The translations under genes and the position numbers were made by a program. A stretch of 64,000 nt of DNA, taken from assembly GCA_965202585.1 (NCBI GenBank), contig OZ241826.1, positions 96,534,001-96,598,000 on the forward strand, read 5' to 3'. Position 1 is the first letter of the stretch; each line of letters opens with the position of its first letter. Source of the stretch: Thalia democratica (Eukaryota). Under the pieces are notes generated by a model. It saw only the letters and a list, made by a program, of their open reading frames with translations. It was not told the origin of the DNA and ran no database searches. This document shows positions 13,387-26,498 of this stretch, piece by piece.

Positions 13387-14999
13387 CTGTAAAAAATACA
13401 TACAAACCTTTTATGTATTTTAAAGTCTTTCTTTACCATAAAGTTTGTAGTTTAATAAAAATTGAAGCGTAAGTGAACATAGACAAAATTGTTTTAGGTT
13501 TAATACAAGTATTAGCACTTCAGACTTTAAACAACAAAAAATTTTGACAAAATATTTATAACAATGTTGTTAAGTTAACCATATAAAAAAATTGAATAAC
13601 CAGTTTCAAAACACAACACGTCTGAAAAGCGTAAAAAATAATAAAACAAATGTATTGTATTTTTAATTGTATTAATCACTGAGTTTTTATGATGCATTTA
13701 TTTCATTGGTTAAACTTAAAATAATTAAACAAACAACTTGTACATGAACAAAAACTTACTGTTTGCTACGTAGATTAACCTGTGGAAAAATAATAAATGT
13801 TTTAATTATTACTCATTAAAAGTGTTTTAAAGTAAAATATATGTAGTTTTCATGTATTTAGTACAAACTAAAGATGGAATCAACAGTTTTTTGACAATTT
13901 GTAAATAAATATGGTATAAGAATTGTGTAACTTACGCATAGTAATTGAAGAACATGCAAAACAACTTTCTGTTGTTTCTCATGAGTTCCGGTTCAAAAAG
14001 CATTGTTAAAATCTAAAAGTAGATAAAAAGTTATTACTAAAATAATAATATAAAAAACTTCACCTTTATCTAAAAAAGTTCAACAATCTATATATGGCTT
14101 GTTTGTTTTATTGTAGAACTAATAAACGTCAATGTTGTGGAAAATGCGTTAATTAGTCACTAAGTTTTTTATTCTTAATTTATCTCTTTTATTTTGTTAT
14201 CAATTAATAAAGCTAGAGTTTTTGTTGATTAATTTTACTTAATTCTAAGTTTTATCAGTATTATTAAGCAGGTATGGGATTAATTATGATTATAATAAAG
14301 TTAGTTTAAGGTATATCTTTTATATAATGTTTCCCGTGATCATTATAATTAATACATTTCGATTCGCAAACTACAATGAGCATACTCTAAGTTCTAGCCT
14401 TATTTCTGACTCAAATACTTAATTCTCTCAACTAACATTTTTAAGTGAGCAGTATAGTCTAAAAAAGTGTTTTTTTTTTTAAATTTTCGATTCAATGGAT
14501 ATTTAATTTTCAATGGAACATTAATTTCATTCAATGATTATCAAACACTAAACTTTAAAATTTATAACTAAACTCTCAGCAACAAGTTTTGTAGAAATTT
14601 TTCACTTTATAATATATATTGCGATATTAAAAAAAAAATTATCTAAAATGTTAAATGCTAATAATTTTGATAACAAAAAAAATTAAATCGAATACTTTAA
14701 AAAAAAAAAACTGCACTTAAGTCTTACTTAAGTCTTAATTCACTGAACCAACAATAAGCTTTTAACAAGTGTATATAACCTACGACCTGCTCTTAATAAT
14801 TCTGTCACTGAACTAACATAAATTTTAGATTACAACCAGCGTAACTCAATATAGCCTTAAGCATATGAAATACTTCGAATTATTTTGTCTAGGTTTAAAA
14901 ATAGTACGCACTTGAGCTTTTCGTAATTTGAATTCTTTTGTAAAAGTTTTGTAAACAAACGTGGTCTATCATTTACCTTATAAGTACAAAATACTTTAC

Positions 15000-15068
15000 T
15001 TGTAAAAAATAAGCTTGCGTTGTGTCTGCGGCTGTCTGTAGTTTTCACAGTAATAGTCTCTACAGCAA
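15000..15068 (-). CDS. Gene A internal exon (69 nt, phase 1-1)
   Basis: Acceptor atttaag, donor gtaaag; VAVETITVKTTDSRRHNASLFFT, same frame as ORF-track 14857..15048. Confidence 0.6.
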
Positions 15069-17721
15069 CTTAAATTTGATCTGATGATTTTTTAACGAAA
15101 AGTGTTTTTTGAAAAAATTGACTACACATTAAATATTAAATTATGTATGCATATAAAATTGTAATCTGTTTAAATTAAGTTTCTTCTTTTAACTCTCTCT
15201 AAAATAACTAGCATAGCTCTATGGATTTATAAGCTAAGTACTTTTTAAACTGTTTTTATATCTTCTATGTAAGAATTTCTTGATAATGATTATTTTCTAG
15301 CAAATGATATCAAGTTTGATCAATCAATTAGGGTTAATCGCGTTTGCAAATAAGTTTTCATTTTATTATTGTTTTAAAATGTGTTTCGATTTTTAAGTTT
15401 TAAATCAAAGCAGGTATGGTTTTGTAACAAAATAAAATAAAAAAAACAACTACACAAAAAAAAAAAGACTTTTTAAACACACTACATGTATGTAAAAAAA
15501 AAGCAGCTAAATCTACGACATTAGCATAACTATCAGTTAGCGAAGTAAAATTCATTTATAAGTTTTTTTTTTAACTGTAAATCATGTGTGAACTGATTAA
15601 ATTTAGCTTTTAAGAAAACTACTGATAAAATATAGATTAGCACAACATAACAATGTCAAACACTTAGTTTTAGGTTTATTAAAAGAAAAAAGTTTTCTCA
15701 TTATATTAGCTAGTTATATTTATAATGTCTTTAAGTTAATCAAGTTACACAATTAACGATAAAATCAAACCCAGCACTTAGGTATTTCTATTAATTAATA
15801 TAAGCATAATGTTTTTCTTTATAATACATGTACTATGTTGTTAACTTAGTTAATGTACTTATTTAAATGGAAATAATACTGTACTCATTTTTCTTAAATA
15901 CTGTAGTAACTAAATTCCAATAATTATATTTTAAATCTAACGTTTTCATAGCCTTATTTTATTTGTTTACGTTTATATAAATTTGAAACCTGTATGTATA
16001 TATTTTATTGTAATATCCTTTTAGCATATTTAGTTTCTTTTTACTTAATTAAACTTTAAACAGTTTTGTTTACTTTAATCTACCAGCTTTTTATTCAAGC
16101 AGTATTTATTTCACTTTTTGTATTTAAGCTAATTAAAATGAATCTTTTATCAAACTTCTGAAAATGTTAACTTTTATTCAAGATCTTATACACAATAGTA
16201 GTTGAAAAGAGTGCATCGAAAAAGTTTCTACTTCAATAAAATGTAATATATTTGTCGATATTTTGTTTAAACTTTGTACCCCATAAAAGTTATTTAAAAT
16301 ATTCTTTCATTTTTAAACTTCGAAAAGTTAATTTTGAAAAACTACCAACTTAAACTCTAGACCTGTTCTTAATGTGATAATAATACTTTATCAACTTTAG
16401 TCTCTATTTTTATTTTTTCTACAAAATTAAAAAAAAAGCGTAAGCAATTAAAGGTCTTTTTTAAATCTATGTAATATAGTATCAAAAAGAGACATGCTTA
16501 AACAATTTTTACATGGTTGTAAAAAATCAAACAGTTTAAGTTGTAGTTATTTTTCCATCAAAAAACAACTTTTTATCTGCTTGTACAAACTTAAAGAACA
16601 TATTTGTTTTAAGTCGATATAGAAAGTAAGTTGTTTATTTACTTCTAGCAAATTTTTAGAGTTTTTAAAATTGAAGTTTTAAGTTTCGTTAAATTTCTTA
16701 CGGTGTTATAGTATTAAATAAAAACTTAAAGTTATTGAACTTATTGATGTTATGTGTCACATGTAACTGTAAATTAAAACTTTAAAATTTTATAAACAGT
16801 CATATCAAACCTGTCAGAACATAAATCAAAAAGTATACCGACATTTTAACAGTAAAAACATTAAACTATTGTTCAAAACAAACTTAATTTATAACTGATG
16901 TAGATTAATTTAGCTTTAAAGTTATTTGAATCTTAGAAACTGAATACTTAAACATCTCTATTAAGTCTAAAATTGAATTTTAGCCACAAGTAGTGGCTTA
17001 CAAAACATGGATTTATGGAGTTCGACGATGCAAGGTAGATTATAAAAATAAAAGTAAACTGCACCTGTTTATGTTTTATACATGATCAAACTTTTAAAGT
17101 GTTTTCACCATGTTACGTCACAAAAGCCTTCAGGACGCACTTTGTTAGAGTTTAAAATATTTTTCATAATGATTTCAATTTATTTGATAAGTTTTAGTTT
17201 CTTTGTAAAAAAACTATTTTATTCTCTTTTATTAAATCTAATAAAATAATTAATGCTAGTAATATTTTAATGTATAGTTAAATGTCTTTATACATTGTTT
17301 TCTAACGTAAAAACTAACTGTTTTAAAGTTTAGATTTTACACAGTAAAAACAAAGACTAAAATTTGTTCTTAGTTATTGAAAACAGTTAATTTTTACATG
17401 AAAATAACTTACATACACTTTAAACATGCAAAAGTATTTACGGCTTGTGGAGAGAGGTTTGAATGTAAAGTACTAGAGTATAAAACAAACACATTTCTAA
17501 ATTAAAAAAATAAAAAAACTTTAACAAAACGTATAACTTTAGCAAACTACTTCTGCTAGTTTTTCATTGTCAGAAAATGTTTAAATTTGTACATTTTAAA
17601 TGGTCCTCGAATTCTACTAGAATCAAATCTAAACTGAAATTTATGTCGTTATCTAAACTTTATTTTTATTTTGCTTTCAAACTAGTTTCTTCTGCATCAA
17701 AAGCTTTTTATTTTTGTAAAC

Positions 17722-19619
17722 CTAATTGAGTTACGATAGCATAAGGTGTTACCTTCTTCAAAAAAAATTGTTTTATTATATTATTAATTTATGACAGCAT
17801 GAATGTTGCTTTCTTCATGTTTTTTTTTTTCATTTCTCTACATAAAAGCTACTTAAAGCTAAATTTAAGTACTAGAATAGCTAAAGCTACTTTTAAAGTC
17901 CAAACCTATTATAAAAAAAATATTTACAACATATTTGAATAGTCTACAATAAGAACCTTCTACTTCTCGAAAAAACCAGAATTAATATTCTAATTAATTT
18001 TCACCTACATTTCAGTCTGTTTGTAGACTTTTACATTCTAAATTTAATTCAAATAAAACTCAGATAAGTTAAAATTTTATAATCAATAACCTACTTAAAA
18101 AAAATACATTCTTTTCTTTAAGTGAATTTATTGCTTTTAATAATTATTGAGCCAAAGTTTAATAAAACAGGATTGAATACTATATAAATTAAGTTGTTTA
18201 AAACCAAATCTAGTGTATGTAATATATACTCAAATTTCTAACCAATCGTGTGTTCTGTCGTTTTAGTATAGGAGTGGGCAACGTTTTTAAATCAACGGGC
18301 CGGATCCGGAAAAATTTAGTCCTTTGCGGGCCGGAGCGTTTCAAATTAGTGATTTAACGGATCCAGGCAAATAATGACTTTTTAGATTCAAATCCGACTA
18401 ATTGCTAAATTCAAGTCGAGATCTGGATCCGGTTGGATTCTAATTTAAATAAAAGTTTCGGATCCGGCCGAAGTCTAATTTTATGGATACATTTAATCTT
18501 TTTTTTGAACCCTTTAAATTCACAAAACTTTCTCATATCTGACAACTTAAGATGTAGACTATGATATGTCAGATGATTTAATAATGTCTATAAATAGAAT
18601 TGACATTGTAATTGACAAAGGTACGTATGTAAAACATCGTACTTAAAAAAGCATTTTTTTGGAGTAATTTGACAGAAAGATAAACCAACTAAGTTACAAT
18701 AACACAAATTATTAGGACAAAATGATGTATTTAAAAGTACACATTAATTTATGAAGAAGCTTTTCAGCATGCTTTAAAGTCAAATTCTTACAGGTTTGTT
18801 TTGTAAAAATATGATACAAAGTTTTATAATTAATTTGTAATATAGACCCTTTGCGGGCATGTCACTTCGCTCACGGGCCGGATCCCATTAAAGTTTAAAA
18901 AACAGTCGGGGGCCGGTCATTTTCAGTCTGCGGTCCGGATCCAGCCCGCGGGCCGTAAGTTGCCCACACCTATTCTAGAACAATAACTGTGTTTTTTTTT
19001 TACATCATAGATTTAAACTTAATTTATGTACTAGACTAGAATAACATATAATGCTAAAAAATATTTGCTATAATATTTGCGAAATCTACAGATTTTACTT
19101 TTCGTCTGAAAAAGTGACTTCATTCAATTTTAACATATTGTTATTAGTATTAGAAAATCCAATGTATGTAGTATTTAAACTTTGTAGTATTTAGACTGAA
19201 TATTTTTATTTTACTTTTAGAAAATAACTATAAATATTTCTATATTTTTAGATAAGTAAACTACTCCAATATTTTGTTCGTAAAATAAAAGTAATAAATA
19301 GATTTACAACTTAATTACTTTTGCACTTAAGTTTTACTTTAAGTTTTGTTTACTTTTAGTAATTTTGTTGATATAGTTAGTATATTTATTAATTTTTTAT
19401 AATTATTTTTCATAATTAAATTGATGCGCAATTGCTTCAAACTGTTTTCGTAAGTTTTAATAAAGTTGTTTCGTTCGGATTATTTATTAACAAATTTTAC
19501 GAGCGTTTAAAAAACGGTTTTATTTCATTTACAATTATGTCTTTATTAATAGTTGTTTTTAGTTACATATCGCTACCGCTTCTTTTTAAGTTACTCACAA
19601 AATGAGATAGTTTATCCAT
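17722..19619 (-). CDS. Candidate 5' micro-exons of gene A (19599-19619 MDKLSHF; 17722-17755 KVTPYAIVTQL)
   Basis: ATG at 19619, donor gtgagt; second exon bounded by tttgaag / gtttac; phases 0 and 1 chain onto 15000-15068. Short enough to be chance. Confidence 0.3.
18269..18972. mobile_element. hAT (Charlie-type) non-autonomous element, 704 bp
   Basis: TIRs TAGGAGTGGGCAAC / GTTGCCCACACCTA; subterminal cgggccgga motifs; flanks ttttagta / ttctagaa (decayed 8-bp TSD). Confidence 0.9.
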
Positions 19620-20516
19620 GAATAAGTTAATAAGTATCAAAAAAATTAAAATAAAGTTAATACATTAAACTATAAAGGAAAGCAGTGTAAGTTATGACAT
19701 TATTGTAAGTAAATTTAAAATTGTTACAGCACATTAATAAGTTGATCATTTCAGTGAAAATTACTCTAAAACCGTGTACATGTTTTAAATCAGTTTTGAA
19801 GAAAATGCTTGTTTTTTATAAAATCTATATTTTACGTTGCTTTTTGCTTTATCGAGTAAAATTTTTAGTTTTAGGTGTATTTTTCCCAAATAGCAAAAAA
19901 AAAAATTGTCTGTGTTCAGTTCTTTAACATTGCGCGTTAAAAAACCAAATAGTTTAAACAAATTACAATAGAGCCAATACTAAAGTAGTATAAAGAATTC
20001 ATTAAAGCAGAAAAACTTAATATTATGTTAATAGGTTGTAGTCAACACTTTCTTTTATACAAATTTATATTTAGTTTTATTTAAATTTATTAATTTCATT
20101 AAGATTTTTACCTCCAGTTTTTAATAAAAATATTATAGAAAAGAATACATTCATAACTACAAAATTAAATTAGATCGATTTCATTAACTTACGTTAAATA
20201 TGAAGAGTAGTAAATAATGATTTTATAATTTTTGGTATATTTCTTACAGTTTTTTGATAAATTAACACCAACGTTTATTGAACTTTTCAATGTGTGCCAG
20301 ATATATTTTGAATAAACACTTTAAAAAATTGATAAACAACCATACTAAACAGTTCAGAAACATAAAATTAGTTCAAAAGCTTAATGACGTTTTCACGTTA
20401 ACAAACATTATCTATTTATCAAAATAAAACTATTTTTTAGTTGATATATAATTTTTTGCTGAAAATTAATTTGAATCTTACATCTTTAATACTAAAAGAG
20501 TTTTTTTTTTAATTCT

Positions 20517-20647
20517 ATGATTCAATTATGGCCACTAGTAGTGGCTTCAAATTGCTCGTATGAGATTGATGAAAAAACAATATATATATGCAGTAAACGC
20601 ATCGGTTCATCTATAGACTCAATCGAACTTTGCCAGGTTTCTCCCTC
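20517..20647 (+). CDS. Gene B first coding exon
   Basis: ATG 20517; MIQLWPLVVASNCSYEIDEKTIYICSKRIGSSIDSIELCQVSP; donor gtgtat, phase 2. Confidence 0.5.
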
Positions 20648-20789
20648 GTGTATATTAAAAGAATCGCTTAAAAATTAAACTTTATTTTTTTGTCTTTGTT
20701 CAGTTAACCGTTGTAACCTAAAAAAACTTTACACTAATTGGATAGTTTATTTTTACTTGTAGAAAAACAGAGCTTAAGTTATTCTATAG

Positions 20790-20848
20790 TATCAACAAAA
20801 AACATCGGCAACTGTCAGCAGAGCAGGAAGCCTGGACTTCCGTTTGCC
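20790..20848 (+). CDS. Gene B exon 2 (phase 2-1)
   Basis: Acceptor ttctatag, donor gtgaga; INKKHRQLSAEQEAWTSVC. Confidence 0.65.
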
Positions 20849-21441
20849 GTGAGACAAGCTAAAGTTTAAAAAAAGGGTTAATCATTCCAATTCGATCATC
20901 AGATCACATGTCGGACATAAGAACTTTTGTTATTCTTATAATAATTTTATTAATTAAATGAGAAAAAATTCAAAAACTAATCTTAGCGGCTAAATAAAAA
21001 ATTCAACAAGCTTTGTTGTTTCTTAATAATAGTGATATGCATAACAAAGATAATAACAAAGATAACAAAATAAAAAGTTTTAAACAGTTTATTTCTTAAA
21101 AACAAAAAAAAGTTTTAAGTTTATAAAATAAATTGTTGAAAGAATTTGAAAATGTTGTACATTAATAACTTATTTTGTGTGTTTTCTATTACATGTTTTT
21201 TAAAAAAACAAGGGTGCTTAACATTTTTCAAGGTAATAACATCAACTTGTAAGAATTATTAAAAAAAATATACATAACTTCAGCTTCTTTAATTTTTTTA
21301 GTACATTCTAAGTTGTGACTTTATTAACAGTTAAGAGATAAAATATAGTTCTGAAACTAAATTTAGTAAATAAATCTAATTCTATAACGCCAAAAGCAAA
21401 TTAATACCAATCGTTTAACATATTTTCCTGATAATATGCAG

Positions 21442-21521
21442 ATGTTTTAAGTAGTGTGGAGAAGCGGAAGCATGCTTGGACTATAATCAAGAGGAATATG
21501 GATTATCTGTTTTTTTTTACT
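21442..21521 (+). CDS. Gene B exon 3
   Basis: Acceptor atgcag; (H)VLSSVEKRKHAWTIIKRNMDYLFFFT; donor ambiguous (gttaaa at 21522 or gtaaga at 21533). Confidence 0.6.
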
Positions 21522-22247
21522 GTTAAACTTTAGTAAGATGTTCTTCATAATTAATTTAAAAAAATAAGTTTTAAACATACTACTTCGGATATCTTTGTAC
21601 TACAACGAAGTTGATAATGAGATTTACTAAAAATGTTTTACGGACCGAAAGTATAAATAAAAATTTATTTGTATTGCTGTAACTTTTTCATTTATGAATA
21701 AACAAATGGCCTTAAGGCAAGTTATATCATTATAGTTATATATATTTATATATTACACTTTATATAATTATTTTGTTTGTATTTATTTATTAAAATTATT
21801 TTTTCGTATGCATTCTATAAATGACTTTTGACAATTAATGTGGAACTAGTTTTTTGTAATACTTTCAAGTAAAAATGATGAAAATGTTTGAAAAAATAAG
21901 TTTTTAATGTTTACTGTGTTACTGATTCTACAAAGTTACATGATAATGTAAAGTAAAGTAAACATATATAAATAACTTAACTTTTACTGCTTACTAATAT
22001 TTGATTTAAGTCTTATATCGGTCCTTTTCAGTAAATCTTTGTTTATAAATGGATCTGTTATTTAAAAACCTTTTGATTATATAAATATTGTGCACAGCTT
22101 TTTAAAAGCTTTCAACAATTTTATTTCGTGTTTGCTGAAACAAATATGTTTTGATGTGTTTTAGTATTTTATTCTGACATTAGAATTTAAGTTTAAACAA
22201 ATCTAGTTGTTCTGAACTTTCTAGTTTTATTAATTTAATTTGTCAAG

Positions 22248-22386
22248 ACTAGGCTTTTTAAAGTTTTAGTAATAAAAAGTAATAATATTAAAACTGCTAA
22301 ATTCATGCCATACACTAACTGGGGCATCTATGATGATGTCAATATAAAAACAAATATAAAAACTTGCAAAACAGACCTTAAAACTG
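22248..22386 (+). CDS. Gene B exon 4 (phase 0-1)
   Basis: Acceptor tttgtcaag, donor gtacaa; TRLFKVLVIKSNNIKTAKFMPYTNWGIYDDVNIKTNIKTCKTDLKT. Confidence 0.45.
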
Positions 22387-22512
22387 GTACAAGTTATTTT
22401 GCTACCAATTCAGCACATTTTTTACTTAATTGTTTTTTTGAGCCTTTCTGATTATACTTTTAATGATTATAACCTAATTTTGAAAAAATAACTGAACTTA
22501 ATGTTTAAATAG

Positions 22513-22516
<4 letters not shown>

Positions 22517-22543
<27 letters not shown>
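22517..22543. repeat. (AT)n microsatellite
   Basis: Uninterrupted AT run. Confidence 0.95.
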
Positions 22544-22847
22544 CGTATTGTTTCTTGTACGACAAAAATATACATACGCTTAAAAGGTTAGTCAAGTTAA
22601 ACTACTATGCAAATTATCAAAACAAACAAATCTTACTTATACAACTTTAAAACGTTTTTTATAAGTATTGATATTTCTTATATTAATAGTTTAAACAATA
22701 TATTTATTAAAATAAAAAATTGAATTTTTTAACGTTTTTTAAACTTTGCTCAATTTAAAAACAAAAGAGCTTTTGGTTAATAAAATATTTTTTTAACCTT
22801 ATTCTTTAAACTATCTTTTTTTAATTACGCCCTACAGTTTATATAAT

Positions 22848-22953
22848 GATAAAAAAACGTTCCAAATATTTGGTCCTTGGACCTGGTGCAAAAAAATCTT
22901 TACGGTAATCGAGTACTACAGCATGGATACCTTTCAATGTCTTGTCTAGGACA
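22848..22953 (+). repeat. Dispersed GGTCC-NN-GGACC repeat, copy 2
   Basis: tttggtccttggacctggtg...atcgagt...gtctaggac matches the reverse complement of 1372-1480. Confidence 0.7.
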
Positions 22954-24882
22954 CAAAAAATTTTAAACTTCAGTTTTAACCAATACAATAGTTTTTATTG
23001 AAATTAATTCTTTCTGAGATATATTTTAAAGATTTCAAAGTAGATTTTACTTATTCTAGGCTGACTCAGAATGTTAATATCTTTAAACTTTTTTAAGAAT
23101 TATGGTTTGCCGAATACCAATTTTTTTTTTAATTTTTGCTCGAATACCGATTAAATTGAAAAAAATCATTAGAAGACTATAAGTAGTTATAAAGATTTTT
23201 ACTTCAGCTTGTAGAAAAAGTCAAAGTTATAAAAAATCATTTTAAGAAAAGAAATAAAATACAACAAAGTTTATTTAATTTTTTATCAAGTATGTATTAT
23301 TTTTTATTGAATTAAAAGCAAGTTCGGAACTTCTTTTTTTATGCTTTTTTTTATTTAAGTATTTAGCATATATATCTGCTTATTTGCTGATGCTGAATTT
23401 TTAAGTGTTTCAAAGTTTGAAAAACCAAACTATACAACTTATAAACTATATAAATCCACCTACTGTGAAAGTGAAAATTGTGGATTACTAAAACTTTAAG
23501 CATTATCAATTTAAACACTTTAGTGGATACAAAACATTTTACTAAAATATCTATGATTTTTACTGAAAACGCTTAATTTTATTTGTGGTTAGTGAACTCT
23601 ACTTTTAAAATTACAAAAATTTGAATTGTGATTTTTTAAAGGAACGACTTTATTTGATGTTAATCTTCTGTATGTTTCCTCATAGAAAGCTTTTTACTTT
23701 TATGTATTGCTTTTATAAATAAATTTTAATGAATTTGCTCTTTAAATCTTAACAGCTTTTACCTGCTAACTTACTAAGTAAACTTCAATTAAAAAAATTA
23801 CAAAAATTATTGTGAGTATATTATAGTTTCTGGTATGATTGAAAATATATTTTAAGTTAAGGACATATTGATAAAATTTGTTTGGTGTTGCTGAACACAG
23901 CACAGAATTTGATATTAATATCAAAATTAGTTTGAATGGTTAAATTATGGTATATTTTGATTTATCAAAAAAATAAAGTCAGGAACTTAACCCAAAAATT
24001 TAATTATTTAAATTTTTTGTTTTTAATATTAATTTGCTTTAGTACTTATAACCTAGACTTGAAAATTAAACCTTTAAGAAAAGGTTTTAATTGTAGGCAT
24101 ACTTTTTTTTTTAGAATTTAATTGGCTTTTGTGTGTTATGTTTTCATAATCACACAGTATCCAAAATTTATCTGTTATATGATACTTTTTGCAGCTAGAA
24201 AACATAGTTAATTGTTCAATATAAATATTTATTGTTATTGTCATATGAAAATTTATAGCCGTGTTTGCTTACTTTTAGAATGTAGGTGATGTAATTGTTA
24301 TATTAACCAAATATTTATTGCAACAGTTTATTTAGTTACTGAGATATAAAAATCACCTAAAATATTGTCTGTAATACAAAATAAGAAATGATAAAAATGC
24401 TTAGTTTCTACTTAAAAAAAATTGTACTGTATTAAACATTAAGTTAATCACTGAAAAATAACTGCTATTTAAAAAATATAAACTATTGTATAACAAAACA
24501 TACTGAATTGTATCACAAAATATTAAAATCACTTAGAAATGTATGATACTTAGAGGATTGCATTGTAAAACAACTGACTATGATGAGAGCTAATGGACTA
24601 TACATTTAAAATTTATAGTTTAACATAATATGTTTCAACAAAAAAAAACTTACACTATCTTAATAAACTTGCCTTTTTTATTTATTTTAATGCTGATTAA
24701 GTATTTAGGTGTTTCCTAGTAATAAGTTAATTAGATTTTTTAATATAAACATTTAATTTCCAATAATAATAACAAAAATAAATAGTATCTAAATTCAAGT
24801 TCAGCATATCTAATTAAGAGGATTTTTCGATTTTAAATTGTTTTAATCTTCTGATCTCATGAGATGTATTCTGTCTTTTAAG

Positions 24883-26498
24883 CAGGGTTGCCACTCGGTC
24901 AGGAAAAGTCAGGAAATCAGGAAAAGTCAGGATTAAATGGGGGGTTTTTAAATAAAGTCAGGAAAAGTCAGGAAATTTGATAAAATTTAAAAATAAGTCA
25001 GATATAGTCAGTTTTAATTTACAAAATTCCTTGTTTTCTAAAGCCTTCAAATGGTAAAAATTAATTAAAAGTGCTTTAAAGTCAGAAAAAATCCAAAATT
25101 TTCCTAGAAATTTACAAAAAAATTTAATTTTATTTCCAATGCTTTCGTCTAGTAGAAATTAGTAAATTATACTTTACAAAACAGCAAAAATTTTCTATTA
25201 ACATATTGAACAAGTACCCTACTTAAACAAGCAGATTTTGCAAGCTTTTTAGTATAGATGATCTATAGCAAGGACACTTCCATAGTGAAACTGTGATATA
25301 TACACAAAAGTTTATCCAGCATAATTTTAGAATCAAAGTGTTTTTTGTTTAAGTAAATAATTGAGTTCTTTATAACTAGGCAGTTAGTTTAGTATTTTAT
25401 GTAACAAGTTAATGTGTATACTTTACCTCTTTATAATTTTTTCAAAGTTGTTTAAATTTTTAAAATAAGTTATAAGAGAGGTATATGCCAATATTAAGTT
25501 TACTTAATATTTGTACTTTTTGTAGAGTAACTTAAGTTTTTAAAGTAAATAAGAGTATTTTTATTTGTTACAAATTTTATACTAAATGATAAGAGGAAAT
25601 ATTTTATAAATGAAAGTATGATAAATTAGTGCCAAAAGAAAAGAAATGAAGCCCACAAGTTGTGGCTTGATTTACAGAAAAGATTATCTTCAACAAGTGT
25701 AGGGGCAGCAGATGAGAGCGATTTAAATACAATGAGGCAAATGATTTTAACTGCCAAGAAAATGAAGCGGAATGCAGTTCAGATGAAGGAAACCATATCT
25801 TCATTAGATGAAGAGGTTGAATTGCTAATAAAAAAACGGAGAAAATAAATTTTAGTACATGCATTTAAAAAAAACAGCATTTGATTAAGTTCTTTATTGT
25901 TTCAATGTTTTAACTGTAAAAGTTCGTTATTGATTTAAGGTTTTAATTGTATAAGTTCCTTATATGTCGTTTCGTTTATTTAGATACTTTTATGCTAGGA
26001 AATTCTGAAAAATGTGTTTTTTATTGTTTGAAGGTTTCAACTGTATAAATTTGATATTGTTTTAAGATTTCTGTTGTGAAAGTTCGTTATTAATTCAAGG
26101 TTTTAATTGTAAAAGTTCCTTATATTTCGTTTGTTTATCTAGATTCATTATTGCTAGAAATTGCTAAAAAATTGTGTCTTTTTTCAGACAAGCTTTTTTT
26201 ATAAGGTAATAATACAAGTATTTTTATGATAGAGTTATTACAAACATCAATCATACACAGATGGTTTAAGTGATGTACTGGAAGTTTGATGATAGAATTC
26301 AGCTAAAAACTGTTGTTTTTAAACTGTAAAAAAATTAGATTGAAAGCTTTATGTAGTTTCAATTGTTAGATTATGTATTTTAGAATAAGTTTAATTTAAG
26401 AGTTTGATTTAGAAAAGTCAGGAAAATTCTGGTAAAAAGTCAGGAAAAATTCAGGAAAAGTCAAGAAATTTTTCTCAGCTTGATCAGTGGCAACCATG
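24883..26498 (+). mobile_element. hAT-type internally deleted element, about 1.6 kb
   Basis: TIRs CAGGGTTGCCAC / GTGGCAACCATG; AAAAGTCAGG subterminal repeats at both ends; internal coding remnant 25660-25848; TSD not cleanly preserved. Confidence 0.85.

Noticed and set aside
15081-15100. CTGATGA..CGAAA hammerhead-like core on the plus strand
   Set aside because: No stem II closing pair and no stem I/III pairing.
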